Below, in pieces: positions 1 to 12,800 of a stretch of DNA of 64,000 nucleotides (position 1 is its first letter; each line of letters opens with the position of its first letter). Under the pieces are notes generated by a model, which worked only from the letters and a program-made list of their open reading frames with translations, did not search any database and had not been told where the DNA came from. This DNA is from Podarcis liolepis (lineage: Eukaryota), in NCBI GenBank assembly GCA_965112155.1, contig OZ218103.1; one strand, written 5' to 3'. The position numbers and the translations under genes are program-made.

Positions 1-799
1 TCACTTCTCAAATAAGAAAATGATATGTGAAAGCTGTGTTAAATAGATGTGGTTACAGAAATGTGCCCTGATCATAGATTTTGGAATTACTCTATAAGAA
101 CTAGATTTGGTGGATAATGAAATATTTTGTGACAGTGGAAAATTGCATAAGGACTTAGGGAGCAATTCCCAGCTATGGTCAGCTCCCAAGTCATATCATT
201 GGAGTAGCTGCTTGAAGGTTTTGCAGAAATCATGTGAAAATGTTCAAATTCTGGAGCAACTGTAATCTACAACAGGGGGGAAATCTTAGGTAATAATTGC
301 AAAAGGCACAGGGTTCTCAGGGTGGCTGCTTCAGCTATTCTAGTTCACCAGTTGTGGAGATTAATGAATTATTTAGGGAAAATATTAAAATATACTTATG
401 TGTGAATGAAAGGATGAGGATCTTGTTTGCTGTGTAGGCACATGCTTTGGAAAATTATTATAGATTAAAAAGTCTCTGTCAGAAAAGCCAGTGATATAGT
501 GTTCAGAGTGCATATTGTTGATTGTAAACAAGGCTTCTTAGATCAAATTATTCCATCCAGGTTTCTATGTTAAACCACTTCTCATATGAGCACCCAGTTC
601 AACTAGTACACTGCAGAACTAAGTCAACTGTTCCACTTTGAGCCCAGAGTGTTATTTCCAGGGACGAAACTTGGTTCCTGTGTTTGAGATAGGATTACTA
701 CAAAAAATGAAACAGGAATGAAGGAGAATCAGTGTAATTGCTTGGCCTTTTTATTTCCTAGGTATGACCTGAATCACATTCTGGTAAAGCTGAATTACG

Positions 800-1050
800 A
801 CTCATGCACCAGCAGTTTAGGTTACATAAAAGGAGGTTAGACAAATCTATGGAGGAGAAAACTGTCAGTGGCCACTAGAAATGATGGCTGTAAACCACCT
901 CCAGGATTGGAGGCAGCATGCCTCTGAACAGCAGTCATTAACAGTAGGATAAGGTTTCTCTCCCTGCTTTTCAGCTTCCCACAGGCCATCTAGTTGGCCG
1001 CTGTCAGAACTGGGCTGGATAGACCTTTGAGCTGATTCATCTTATGTTTT
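800..1050 (+). mobile_element. degraded CR1-like LINE 3' fragment
   Basis: ttagacaaatctatggaggag...gatggct...ggaggcagcatgcctctgaa resembles a squamate CR1 3' end; a similar copy lies at ~51850-52055. Confidence 0.5.
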
Positions 1051-2016
1051 CCTTGAGTTGATTTAAAGTCCTCTAAGTTGGTGGCCATCCCCACCTACTG
1101 TGGTAGCAAATTCCATAGTTTAACTATGTGCTCTTTATTCTGTCCTTTTTAAAATGAAAAATGACCTAAACACTGATACCTTTCCTCAGAGGGGAATTGC
1201 TCCACCCTTCTGATGATTTTGGATTCCATTTTGGGCATCCCTTCCAGTTCTGCAGTAATCTTTTTGAGAGATGGCAACCAGCACTGGACACTGCCCATAC
1301 CAAGCTTTGTATAAAGTCATTACAATACTGGCAGCCAAGAATAGGACTATAGAATAGAATAGAAAATAAAGTAAATGTGCCAAGAAATTATTTGTTGTTC
1401 AGCAGGTTGTGTATTTGTGTGTTATTTATTTGGACTATAGCCTGCTTCCTTCTAAAGGTTCAGTACAGGTAAACTCATAAACATGTGTGAAAATAACCAT
1501 TTTTAATGAAATGAATGAAGCCTAGTATATATTAGAACACTGCTTCTATATTGGGTTACTGTTTGCCACTAAAAGCTGTCTCAAGGAAAAGGTCCTGCAC
1601 TGCTTGTGAAAGATGTCAATCAGTTGCTAAGCAACCACTGAGCACTTCCTGCCCTGCTCTATGCTATATGAGTGGTGCATCAAAAACAATGAAGGTGCAG
1701 CATGCTGAAGCAGAGAGTTAGCACAGAACTACTTGCTTTCCCAAAGCTGAAAAGTTGTTTGTTATTTATATAGCACTATCACAAAGCATACAGTAACACA
1801 AATAAGAGACTGACGATGCCCTAAGGGGCTTAAAATCTAAATTTAAAACATTATGGGGGAAGGAGTGTGGGAGAACTTGGAATGCAGTCCAAGCAATGTG
1901 AAGGTATTCCTTCTCCACCAAAAAAAGTTCAAATACTAGTTTCCTCCACTTAAATAAATAAAGGAAAGAGTTTTGTTGAATTGAACCCAGGTTGAAGTTC
2001 AAAATGTTATCCACTA

Positions 2017-2243
2017 CAGTGGTACCTCAGGTTAAGAATTTAATTCGTTCTGGGGGTCCGTTCTTAACTTGAAACTGTTCTTAACCCGAGGTACCACTTT
2101 AGCTAATGGGGCCTCCTGCTGTCACTGCGCCGCTGCCATGCGATTTCTGTTCTCATCCTGAAGCAAATTTCTTAACCCGAGGTACTATTTCTGGGTTAGC
2201 GGAGTCTGTAATCTGAAGCGTCTGTAACCTGAAGGTACCACTG
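2017..2243. mobile_element. Tc1/mariner (Tigger-like) MITE
   Basis: TIRs CAGTGGTACCT...AGGTACCACTG flanked by a TA target duplication (2015-2016, 2244-2245). Confidence 0.85.
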
Positions 2244-3796
2244 TACATCACACCTAGTTCTCATTGCTTCAGTAATTTTCTGTATCTCTCTGTAGTGAAT
2301 GAGTGTGTGCTATTTCTCTTCCAATAGACTTGTCTCACCGTGCCATGAGATTCCCACTTCCAGGGTAGCAGCCTGACTCTTCTTATGAGATGCTGTCCTG
2401 TACAGTAAGAGTTTGCTTCCCAGTTTTGTACTGGGGTTTACTAGTGCTTACTGTTAGCTTTCAAGGGCAAGCTTAGTGTGGCTGGCCAGCCAGCCAAAGA
2501 CATTCCAAGTGCTGATGTAAAGACTCCAAATAAAACGACTACTCAAGCTTGTTTTTTTTCCAGAACAGTGTTTAATCTCTGGCTAAGCTTTTGATAAATA
2601 TTTTGCATATGTTTTTCCCCTAGTTAATCTTTAATAGATGTGCTGTCATGACAGCTAGAAATTAAACTGACACTTGATTTAAAAACTAAACACTAGATAA
2701 ACTTGGCAGACTCCAGATATATTTATGGCTTATTTGATACAAATATGTAGGATGTGAGCTGTGTCCTCTTTCCCTTAGACTGTTTTCAGCTGTCATCAAA
2801 ATTGGACCAGGATAGAAATTTTGGCTAAATGTAACATGACTCTAGGGTTGTTTCTTGATACCTGAAAGCAAATGATAAAAATTGTGCTGTTCAGTTGGCT
2901 TCTGGGTCTACCTTACTAATTCTTCAGAGATTGAGTATGCAGATCAGAAAGTCACATTTGGGCAAATACAGATGACCACAGGGGATTGGGGGGGGGGCTG
3001 GAAATGTGCAGCAGGTTTGTACACTTTCTCTTACACATTTGCTTCCCCTTGCATGTTTATTCTATCTCCCATTTCTGGATTGCTGACACTATAGTTTGCA
3101 ATGACATACAAAACCAAGCAAACAATGGTTAGCATTAATATCTAAACTGTGAACTGGAAGCTAGTGCTAACCATAGTTGCCTGATTCCGACGTTGTGGCA
3201 AACTATGGTTTCAACAACCTGGAAATGGAAGCACATGACAGTAGAGGAAGAGAGAAGCACACAAAGCTGTAATAAATTCTCAACAGCAGAGTCCTATTCT
3301 GATCTCCTGAAAAATAAATCTGGCTGAGTTCAGCTATGCTTTCAGGTAAGTGTTCATAGGAATTGCATCCTAAACCATGGGGGATCATCAGAACTAAGCC
3401 ATAGTGTTTATCATGCAGTGTACAGAATTATATTTTCCAGCATGTAACAGGCCTTATAGTACTCATAGACCATAATCCTAACAGAGCAGTAATCGTTCTC
3501 ACTGTGGTGAAGAATTCTGTATATGGGTGAAATAGAGGGTTTGCTAAGTTGAAGTAATATTAATGTGATTGTGAACTGATTAATTCAGGCAAAGCAGAAA
3601 TTAAATGTTCCCATTAGTCTAAGGCACCATCTGCCATTTTAAAGCAGTATTACATCATATTAAACAAAGAATCATGGAAACTAGTTTGTTAAGGATGCTG
3701 AGAATTGTTAGGAGATCCAGAGTAGAATTACAATGGCCACTTACCTGCTAGCTGTGGGGAGGCAGCAATTGTGGTCCAATGCATGCATGCATGCAC

Positions 3797-3799
3797 AAA

Positions 3800-3842
<43 letters not shown>

Positions 3843-3843
3843 A
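3797..3843. repeat. (AAAT)n microsatellite
   Basis: ~11 tandem AAAT units. Confidence 0.95.
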
Positions 3844-5174
3844 ACACACACAAATAGATGTTTACAGAGCATTTGCATAGGAGGTTTATATCACTTACTA
3901 TTTCTTGCTTTCAGTGCAGGCGAATGTAGTGAATGTTCATTGGGGCCCTGTTGGTTCAGAGTGGGAGAGAGTAATGGGTAAATGAGACACTTGTATCCTT
4001 GCACAGATAGGGTGATTCAGAAGCGCTGTGGTTCTAAGTTTGAAATGTGCATCCTCAGCTTTCCTTTCACAGCAGTTTCCTTTCACTGCATTTATTTCTG
4101 GTGCAGTTGTGAGTGCAGAATACCGTTTTACGGTAAGAGAGAGAGGCAGGCTGGAGAATAAGTCCGTTTGCATAGATGTGGGGAAGGTTCTTCATTGAGC
4201 AAACAGGGTTCCTTCTTGACAGACAATCCTTATGCTCAGCGCTCAAAACACGTAGCAAAACAATTGGGATACCCAAATACTTTTGCACACTTTTGCTCTT
4301 TGTTCCTGCTTGCTTTTGATGAAATCACACAGCATAATAATAATCAAGAGAGAGAGAGAAAGAGGAAGGTTGGGGGCTGTGGATTATAGCTTTTCATATT
4401 CTTGGAAGCAATTTATATAGAGCCATAATTGCCCTCGGCACACCGTGTCAGTGTGTGGTGGTACAGGAGGAAGTAGCTCCCGCTGTTCCATATAAATAAT
4501 TGTACACAGCCTGAGAGTTGCCTCAGATTTATTTTAAACTAATTATATGAGGAGAGTGGATATGTTTATCAGACAAGTTTTGAATGGTCAATGTTTGGGG
4601 GCATATTTCTGGCCTTTAGATCAATCCAAGTAATACAGCCCTTTATGGTCGTTTACAAGGCCAATTTTTAAAATCCAGTTCTTAAAGTGAAAGAAACCTC
4701 TCAATACTTAATCAGATCTGGATGTGGGTTTTGGCACTGCTTGAAAGAGAATAGCAGCATATAGATGGTTTTGATGCTGTTGATTAAAAACCTCTGGTAG
4801 AATTTGTTTCAGAAACCTTATAAGGGTTGGCAAACACACAAGGGATTCATGCAGTTAACGTGGTTTAATCATTTTTCTCTTCTTTTGCTATCTTTCAGTT
4901 TCCTCTAGTGCGAGTTTGTGTTTGAAATACATTCCTAGAAACTTTCCAGCGGTATAAGCAATAAAAGAGCATCAGTGAGGGGGGAAATGATACTGTGGTT
5001 GAAGCTGTCTATTAAGAATCTGGACACATGTATTTCCTATAAAACCATTTGACCAGTCCTATTTTGATTTTAGGAAAAGCAGCTGATATTTTAGCTTACT
5101 ATTTTAATCATTAGCCAAAGATACGCGATGAGAACTGCGGTTTTGTGCAGGTGCACATTTTAGAAACTGTTTTC

Positions 5175-5345
5175 AATTATTTATTACTTATTGCATTTAT
5201 ATCATACTTTTTCTTCAAGAAGTTCAAGGTGGTATATATGGTTCTCCACCTCCTCATTTAAACCCCACAACAACCCTGTGAGGTAGGTTAGGCTGAGAGG
5301 CAGTGACTGACCTAAGGTTGCCCAGTGAGCTTCATGGCTTACCAC
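5175..5345 (-). mobile_element. MIR-like squamate SINE fragment
   Basis: ttatt tail then cacaacaaccctgtgaggtaggttaggctgagag...cccagtgagcttcatggc, a core recognised from memory. Confidence 0.6.
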
Positions 5346-6962
5346 ACTCTGGCTTTCATTGGGGCTTTGTTGTTGATGTTGTTGTTTGGAAGATATTACC
5401 CCGTTTTGTGGATTTTCTACTGACCATCTCAGTTAGAAGGGGATATCAAAGATAATCTATCCCAACCTCCTGTTGATGTAGGAAATCTACTAGCAAAGCT
5501 TCCCTAACAGCTGGTAATCCAGCCTCTGAATGGTGGCAATCCAGCCAGGAGTGAAGTACGATGGCTCTTCCTTACTGATTTCCTGCAGATAAAGTAACAA
5601 CTGAAGACTTTTAAGAGCTCAGTGAATATTGTTCTTGCTCTTGCTTGCCTTGACAAATAAAGCTAGTTATTGAAAAGGAAGAAGTTAAAGATTGTCACAT
5701 GGTACTGAATCCAATTTCCTTATGATGTAGATCACAATCACTGTTACCCTGTGTTAAAAGCCTAATGTGACCCACTTTTAGGGTCTTAGAGTACACCCAG
5801 AAATTGGGTTGTGCTTTCAAGTAGAATAAATGAAGGAAGTGAAACATTTTCTAGATGTTGTTCCTATTGATTGAGGTCTTGAAATGGGAGACTTGAAAGA
5901 TGTAAATATTTTAATGCAGTGTGATATTACTTTTGTATTTGTTAAAATTCATTTCTTCCCTTTCCTACCTGCTGTTGCATCATGGCAAAATAAAGAATTA
6001 ATGTTTTTATTCATTTATTTCGAACTATATAGAATTGGTGAGACTTGTTTCTACTCTTTGGTAGTTTCATGGAATTTTCCTAGCTGACTCAAAAGAAGAG
6101 TGCTCTTTCCCATTTTCTAATCCATTTGAGATATGTTTGGAGGTTGGGGCAATTGAATTCAGCATTTTTGTATCATGGGAATGAATGTAGGCTACTAAAC
6201 AGTTGTACAATATTGTCTATTGCCAATATTGTGCAGAATTCTGCTCTAGGTTTTGCATCCTACTTTTTAGTGAAGCATTGCTCATTTTTTATTCCTTAAA
6301 GCGAATAAATACGGATTGATGTTTAATAGACACATGTTGAAATTTTACTCAAAAGCAATTAATGTCCTTTCAAACCAGATTTGGTATCATGTGTTGTATC
6401 TTGCATGAGTATCTGGTGTTCAGCTGATTTTGAAAAGCTTGCATTTGCCAAGATATACTACATCATGTTTTCTGGCAGAGAAAATGAGCAAGATTCAGCA
6501 TGATATTAAAATCACTCTTCCATCAGATGAAGAAGGAAACTTCAGGTTGCAGCCAACCCCTCCTCATTTGGGCAGTATAAATAACATGAAGCAATGGAGT
6601 GTGAGAGATGCTTTGCAGGATTCATCCTTGCCCTTTAGCTACTCCCGGAACTAATAAGAAAACAGCTCCTCCAAGTTTGGTTGTGGCTTAAGAGTTTTAA
6701 GACAATCTGGAATTAGTTTTATGCCAGCCCAGCTACGGTATTTCAAAAGCAAATTCAATCTTTCACATATGGTTGGGTACTGCTATTAGTTCAGTTTGGG
6801 ATTATTCTGAGCTGGTCAAAGAGTGCAGAACTTTTCTGTTCAGCTGAAACATCTTCATGCAGAATAGTGAGTCTCAAATATATGCTCATTTTGGAGTGAA
6901 AGAAATGTAATTTGTTGCTGTGGCAGATTGTTGTTAGCATTTATGCAATCTGAGCAGGCTAG

Positions 6963-7394
<432 letters not shown>

Positions 7395-8858
7395 TGAAAA
7401 TTGCCTTTGATAAATTCCCATAGCAGCATGTAACCCAACCAACAGATAACTCTTGCTCAGTGGTAAGCAAGTGTAGCTGAGATGTTAAATACAATGCTTG
7501 TTAATGTTCCGGTACAAAATGCTGTCAGTGATTTTTCCCTTACTCATGAGGGAAGAACTGGTGATTAGAGCCAAACTGGTAGTTTGCAGTGTCCTTTGTA
7601 CTCCCCACTTGGAAATGGGTATTGAAGCAAATATTGATTGAGAGTTGACACTGAAATCACGGCCTGAGCAGATCATGGAGGCCTGGATCTCCTCGCCTCT
7701 CATTGCTTTCTGTCTGGTCTGTTTAAGTCACTTACATAATACATTTCCACAGCTTGCCAGTTAAACATTCATTCTCACTATAGCTCTGCTTGTGTGATGA
7801 GATGGAGGAATTAAGATGTGGGGGTGAATTAATGTCCATCAAATACTTTGAAGATGAAAAGTTATGTGTGGGGGGGGGGAGAGACAGATGAATCAGTAGT
7901 TATATAATGGGCCTAGATATTTGAGAATAACATACATATAATTCTGATACATCAGTGCTAGCTTGCTGAAGGTGGGAAGAAGTGTGCAATGGCTGCTTTT
8001 AAAAATAAAATAAAATACCCAATTGCTTGTTAGGGCAAGTACTAAAAAGGATAAGGAAACTTTTATTCTTGAAGATGTGGGGTTTCTGGGATGTGCATAG
8101 GCAAGTAGTTTTCCCTTTCATGCTTAGGAACTCACTGCTGTGCTTTGCAATAAGGAAATATTTGTTTTCTGTTTGTGTGGTTGGCTGGTATTTCTGAAAG
8201 TCTTCAGGTTTTCGCATTTTCCTCGATGTGTCAGACACGGTGCACCTTTCCATTCTCTGCTTGTGGCACGCTGTAATCTGGATGACAATGTGTTGCTTAA
8301 TGCATATAGTCCTGTCCCATTAAGAACATAGGAAGAGCCCCACTGGGTCACATCCAAGGCCTAGTAGTTTGTCCAGCTCCCTCCACAACATGTTTTGACT
8401 ATACGCAATTTAGGCTTTAGGTGTGATCCCCAGAATGTAACCCCTTGTGTAAGTTGTGAGCTTACTGTAGTGCAGTCTTAGTCCAGAAAGAAAACAAATT
8501 GATAACACTGTATGCAATGAACTGAACAAAAACATAGTATGAGGAGAAATAAACAGGGATTTTGTGTTTCTGAACAATTCAGGCCAAGTCCATACTAGGA
8601 ACATATACAGCAACTACACAGTGGAAAACTCCCTTAGAACCGCACAGGCAACCAGAGCACAAGTTACCTTAGAAAGGATCATGCCATTCTGACTGATTGC
8701 TAGGCAACAACAACATCTTCTTGGTTAGCTGTACTTCTAGTGTTGTGATACTTTTGGACTATATACTGAACAGGGCTTTGCTCTTGAAGGTGATAGCACG
8801 TATACCTATCCGCTCAGGAGTATGTGAAAAAGAAAAAACTTAACCCCTGTATCTATAA

Positions 8859-9226
8859 AAGGTAAAGGTAAAGGTACCCCTGCCCGAACGGGCCAGTCTT
8901 GACAGACTCTGGGGTTTGTGCGCCCATCTCACATCTATAGGCCGGGGGCCAGCGCTGTCCGGAGACACTTCCGGGTCACGTGGCCAGCGTGACAAAGCTG
9001 CATCTGGCGAGCCAGCGCAGCACACGGAACGCCGTTTACCTTCCCGCTGGTAAGCGGTACCTATTTATCTACTTGCACCCGGGGGTGCTTTCGAACTGCT
9101 AGGTTGGCAGGCGCTGGGACCGAGCAGCGGGAGCGCACCCCGCCGCGGGGATTCGAACCGCCGACCTTTCGATCGGCAAGCCCTAGGCGCTGAGGCTTTT
9201 ACCCACAGCGCCACCCGCGTCCCGCG
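8859..9226 (-). mobile_element. Sauria SINE, full length
   Basis: tRNA-like head (GGTTCGAATCC B box on -), (ACCTTT)n tail, perfect 13-bp TSD cctgtatctataa at 8846-8858 and 9227-9239. Confidence 0.9.
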
Positions 9227-9278
9227 CCTGTATCTATAATAGGTGTCAATTCCTACTATAGGGTTGTATGGGGTGTTA

Positions 9279-9878
9279 TGGGAGGGGTAGTACCTCTGGT
9301 GGGGGGACACGTCATGCTCCTTCTGGAGTAATTTCTCCACCTTCGGTTCCCACCGTGCACTCAGCTCCTAGAAGCTGTCAGCATGCGGCAGCAGCCACAC
9401 CCCAGGAACAGCTACAACTGGCTGCCTAAACCAGGTGAGGGTAGCCAATGGGTCTCAAACCCTTGGTGAGTTAGGGAAAGGGAAAGGAGCTAGGAGAAGG
9501 AAAACTCTGATCCTAAACCTTTGCTGCCTTGCAGCTATACTCATTTGTGAGAAAGGTTTCGGGAGTAAACCCCAAGGAACAATCTGTACCCGTAGACTTG
9601 AGGGACAACCCTACACAAATTCGTAGCGGAGTCCCTAAGATGGTTGGATGGCATCTTGTAAACCTTCTTCTGGCAACTCCTGCAGCCAAGCTGGTGCCAA
9701 ACCTGCTTTCCTTTGGATCACATTAGCAAGGCAAGAGTTGTCTGGGGAGCCCAGGATCTCCAGACACACTGCCCAGGCTTGTGCCCTGGGAAGGTCACTT
9801 TGGTGCTGCTAACAAAGTGGTTTGACTTCACCCCCAGAGGTGCACTCCATTGTCCCTCGAGACAGATGGATACCAACA
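9279..9878 (+). mobile_element. probable non-autonomous non-LTR retroelement (RTE/Vingi-like), family uncertain
   Basis: GC-richer ~600-bp block, no convincing ORF, ending ...gagacagatggataccaaca; the resemblance is from memory only. Confidence 0.4.
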
Positions 9879-12800
9879 TGTCAATCCCTGGTCTCAAGTA
9901 TCCTTCCTCGGTGTTTAGATCAATGCATCTTTACAGTGTGTAGTGGGGCAGACAGTCCAGGATTCAAAGGGTGTTGATAACTTTCAGATCCATAGCCACT
10001 GTGGTTTAAAAATCTGGTGCCTGAGCATATTAGCGTGTGGGGATTTGTCAGCTGCCTGAGTGCTAGCAGAAGGCAGCCAGAGGCTTTTCGACTGTGATAC
10101 TCAAAAACTAGGAAATAATGTTGTTTCTATTTGTAGATATTTTGAAGTGAGGAGGAGTGACTAAAAAAAACCCCTCAGTTTAGATCTAACTAATTATTTT
10201 GAGATGACAAAACAGCTCATATTCACAGCATCTTTTCTGAAACATGTTTTGCTTTCTAACTGCCAAATGCAGAGCCTGTATCCTTGATCCTAGTTGATGA
10301 CACACAAAACATGCTTCCCAGGGTAGGATTAAAGATCCCTCATGCCTTGGCATTGATTAGGAAGAAACAAATCCTAAATCAATGGACTTCTCCTTTGCAT
10401 ACCATCATTCAGACATGGCCCAGAGAACTTGAGATGTATCACCTGTCCCCTGAGCTGACTTGTATGGTTAATGGTTCAAACTTCAGGAGCATCTCTTGCC
10501 AAGTCCAGTATGTCTTATTAGCTTAATCAGCAATGTAAACATGGATACACTGGCTAACTGGAATTCCATCATGAGAGCACACTGGGGAATGTGAAGTATG
10601 GAAAATATACAAACATTGAACAAAAGGATCCTTGGGTTAAGGATGCTTGCTGTCAAATACCCAATGGGAGCAATTCTGCTGGCAGGAATTAAACCTCATA
10701 CAGCTGCCTGCCAGTTTCCCTCTGCACTCTGACCATGTACAGATTTCTTATTTGTAAATGTTTTAAGTTATATGTGCACTTTCCTTGGTCAGTTCAGATT
10801 CCCAGGCATGTAGATTTCCCTGGATTCTGATCCTTGACTCCAGCTGACCCTGTGTACCTTCACTTGTGATGTTGAACAAGGTCTTCAGGGATGCATGTTT
10901 GGTCCTGTTGTTTGCAGTGTTGGTGCCACATCAGTTCAGATGTAAGAGGGACAAAAAGTGAGTTGGAGATGTAGCCTTTGTTACTTAGGCTTATTCTAGT
11001 TTGGAAATGAACTGATTTATTTACACTATTCCATTTTATTCTTTTCCATTCCGTGAACTTGTAACACATCCGTTTCCCTATATTCTGTATCTGACATTGT
11101 TGGAGGCTGAAAATGGCTCTGAAGGTATAAGGTGCATCCTGTGGTTGAGCTATGGGCCTGCTGTTATCAGCAATGGATTTTGTTTGCCGCATACTGTACT
11201 TGCTTCATCCTCCCAATCATTGATGGATTCATTCTATGGTATACCTTCCTGCTCTCACCAATGTGTTTCTCGTTTCCCTGTAGGCATCACCTGCTGCAAG
11301 AGCTCTGTCTGAAGGATGCCATTCATCATTATCGCCCCTCCCCTTTATGGTACACTACCCCACCACCACCACTCAAACTAACACCCTAGGTGAACCTCCA
11401 CCACCTTCCCTTATGTCATGTGGTGGGACAGTGTGAAAACTATGTTCAGGGGGTTCTCCCCTATGAGGAGAGAGGAAGGGGCTTTATGTGAGAACGGCTG
11501 CTCCAGGGCAGGAAAAGCAGAGGTGATACGCGTAGGAAGAGGCGAAATGTTTGGTGTTGCTCTTTGAATCTTTTAAATGTCTCCAGCCATGCTTCCCCTG
11601 CTTTCTCTGCTCAATTCCTGTCACGTGGCTTTAGGTTTAAACCATCCCTTACCATGTGCATCCATTGGAGAGCTGCCATTAAGGAGGAAGAGGGTCAGGT
11701 AAGGGCCATATTAGGTAGAAAGCGTGAGCTCACAAGGAAGTCGTATGGATTTCTCAGGAGCTCCCCAGCAGAAGCACTTGAGGTACTGACTTAAGAGTTC
11801 TGTGGCCATCGTTAGTCAAGCTAATCAGTGTTTAAATATTCATCTCAAGTCTGTGATTTGGCTAGCCACTTGCCAGAACTGGATTTTCTTAAATGCAGTG
11901 CCTGATTTAGCAAAGTTCTACTTTCAGTGATTACTTTTACCTTACAGTAATCCTTAATCAAATGTTACTAAGGTCTATATCTGCCCCAATACACCAGCAT
12001 CTAGTATAAATGCCACCTGTTTGAGGTGAAGCTTGCCTGACATGTCTAGTTGTAAAGGCTCTGCAGTGAGTTTGGAGCATCTTTTCATATGGGACAGAAA
12101 GGGAAATGCTTGTCTTTATCCTAGAGCTTGTTTACACAGTAGGATAGAATCTCTTAATAAGATTTTTATATATATTGAATGGATAAACTCAGTTTTAGTT
12201 CCTCTATTACTGCTTTGGAGATCCATGCAGGTTGCCAGACTGAGTATATCAGGTTTTCTGTGCATCTTCTCTTTACGATTCTCATGCTGTGCAGGTACTG
12301 ACCATGGCAATGTTTATGTGGCAGATTGCTGCAAAAAAAGTGATAGAACATACCAAGGTGATTATTGGTATTCACATTATTCCAGGCACCTCACTTTTAA
12401 GTCACTTCAACCTTGTGAGTTCTGTGCGCAAGGCTGAGGCTGAAGCTTTAGGGGTTGTTATCTCTGAAAAAAAATCATTGTGTAAACAGCCCCCAGGAGA
12501 ATGTCTGTAAAGCTGATCTGAGACCAGATTTTGAAGGTAGCAATGTTGCTGCTGTATGAGTGACAGTTTAAGCGGTCTCAAGGCCTTCTCTTTGTTCAAT
12601 CCTCAATCAGTTTAAGATGAGACAATTGCCCATTGTCTTCCACATGTTACCGTGTGCCACTGGTTGGCTTAACAGCATGTTAATATTGGCAAAAGGAATA
12701 TGATAGTACATCTTATTAATATTTGAGCATGTTGCAAATTCTGTTGTTTAGTCTGAAATGTGTATCCGTTTTTCCAGTGTAATTTATAGCACATTATTTT

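Noticed and set aside
9130-9226. tRNA-like A/B box sequences (also ~31340-31400 and ~50140-50200)
   Set aside because: These are SINE heads, not tRNA genes: they are attached to SINE bodies and no complete cloverleaf is evident
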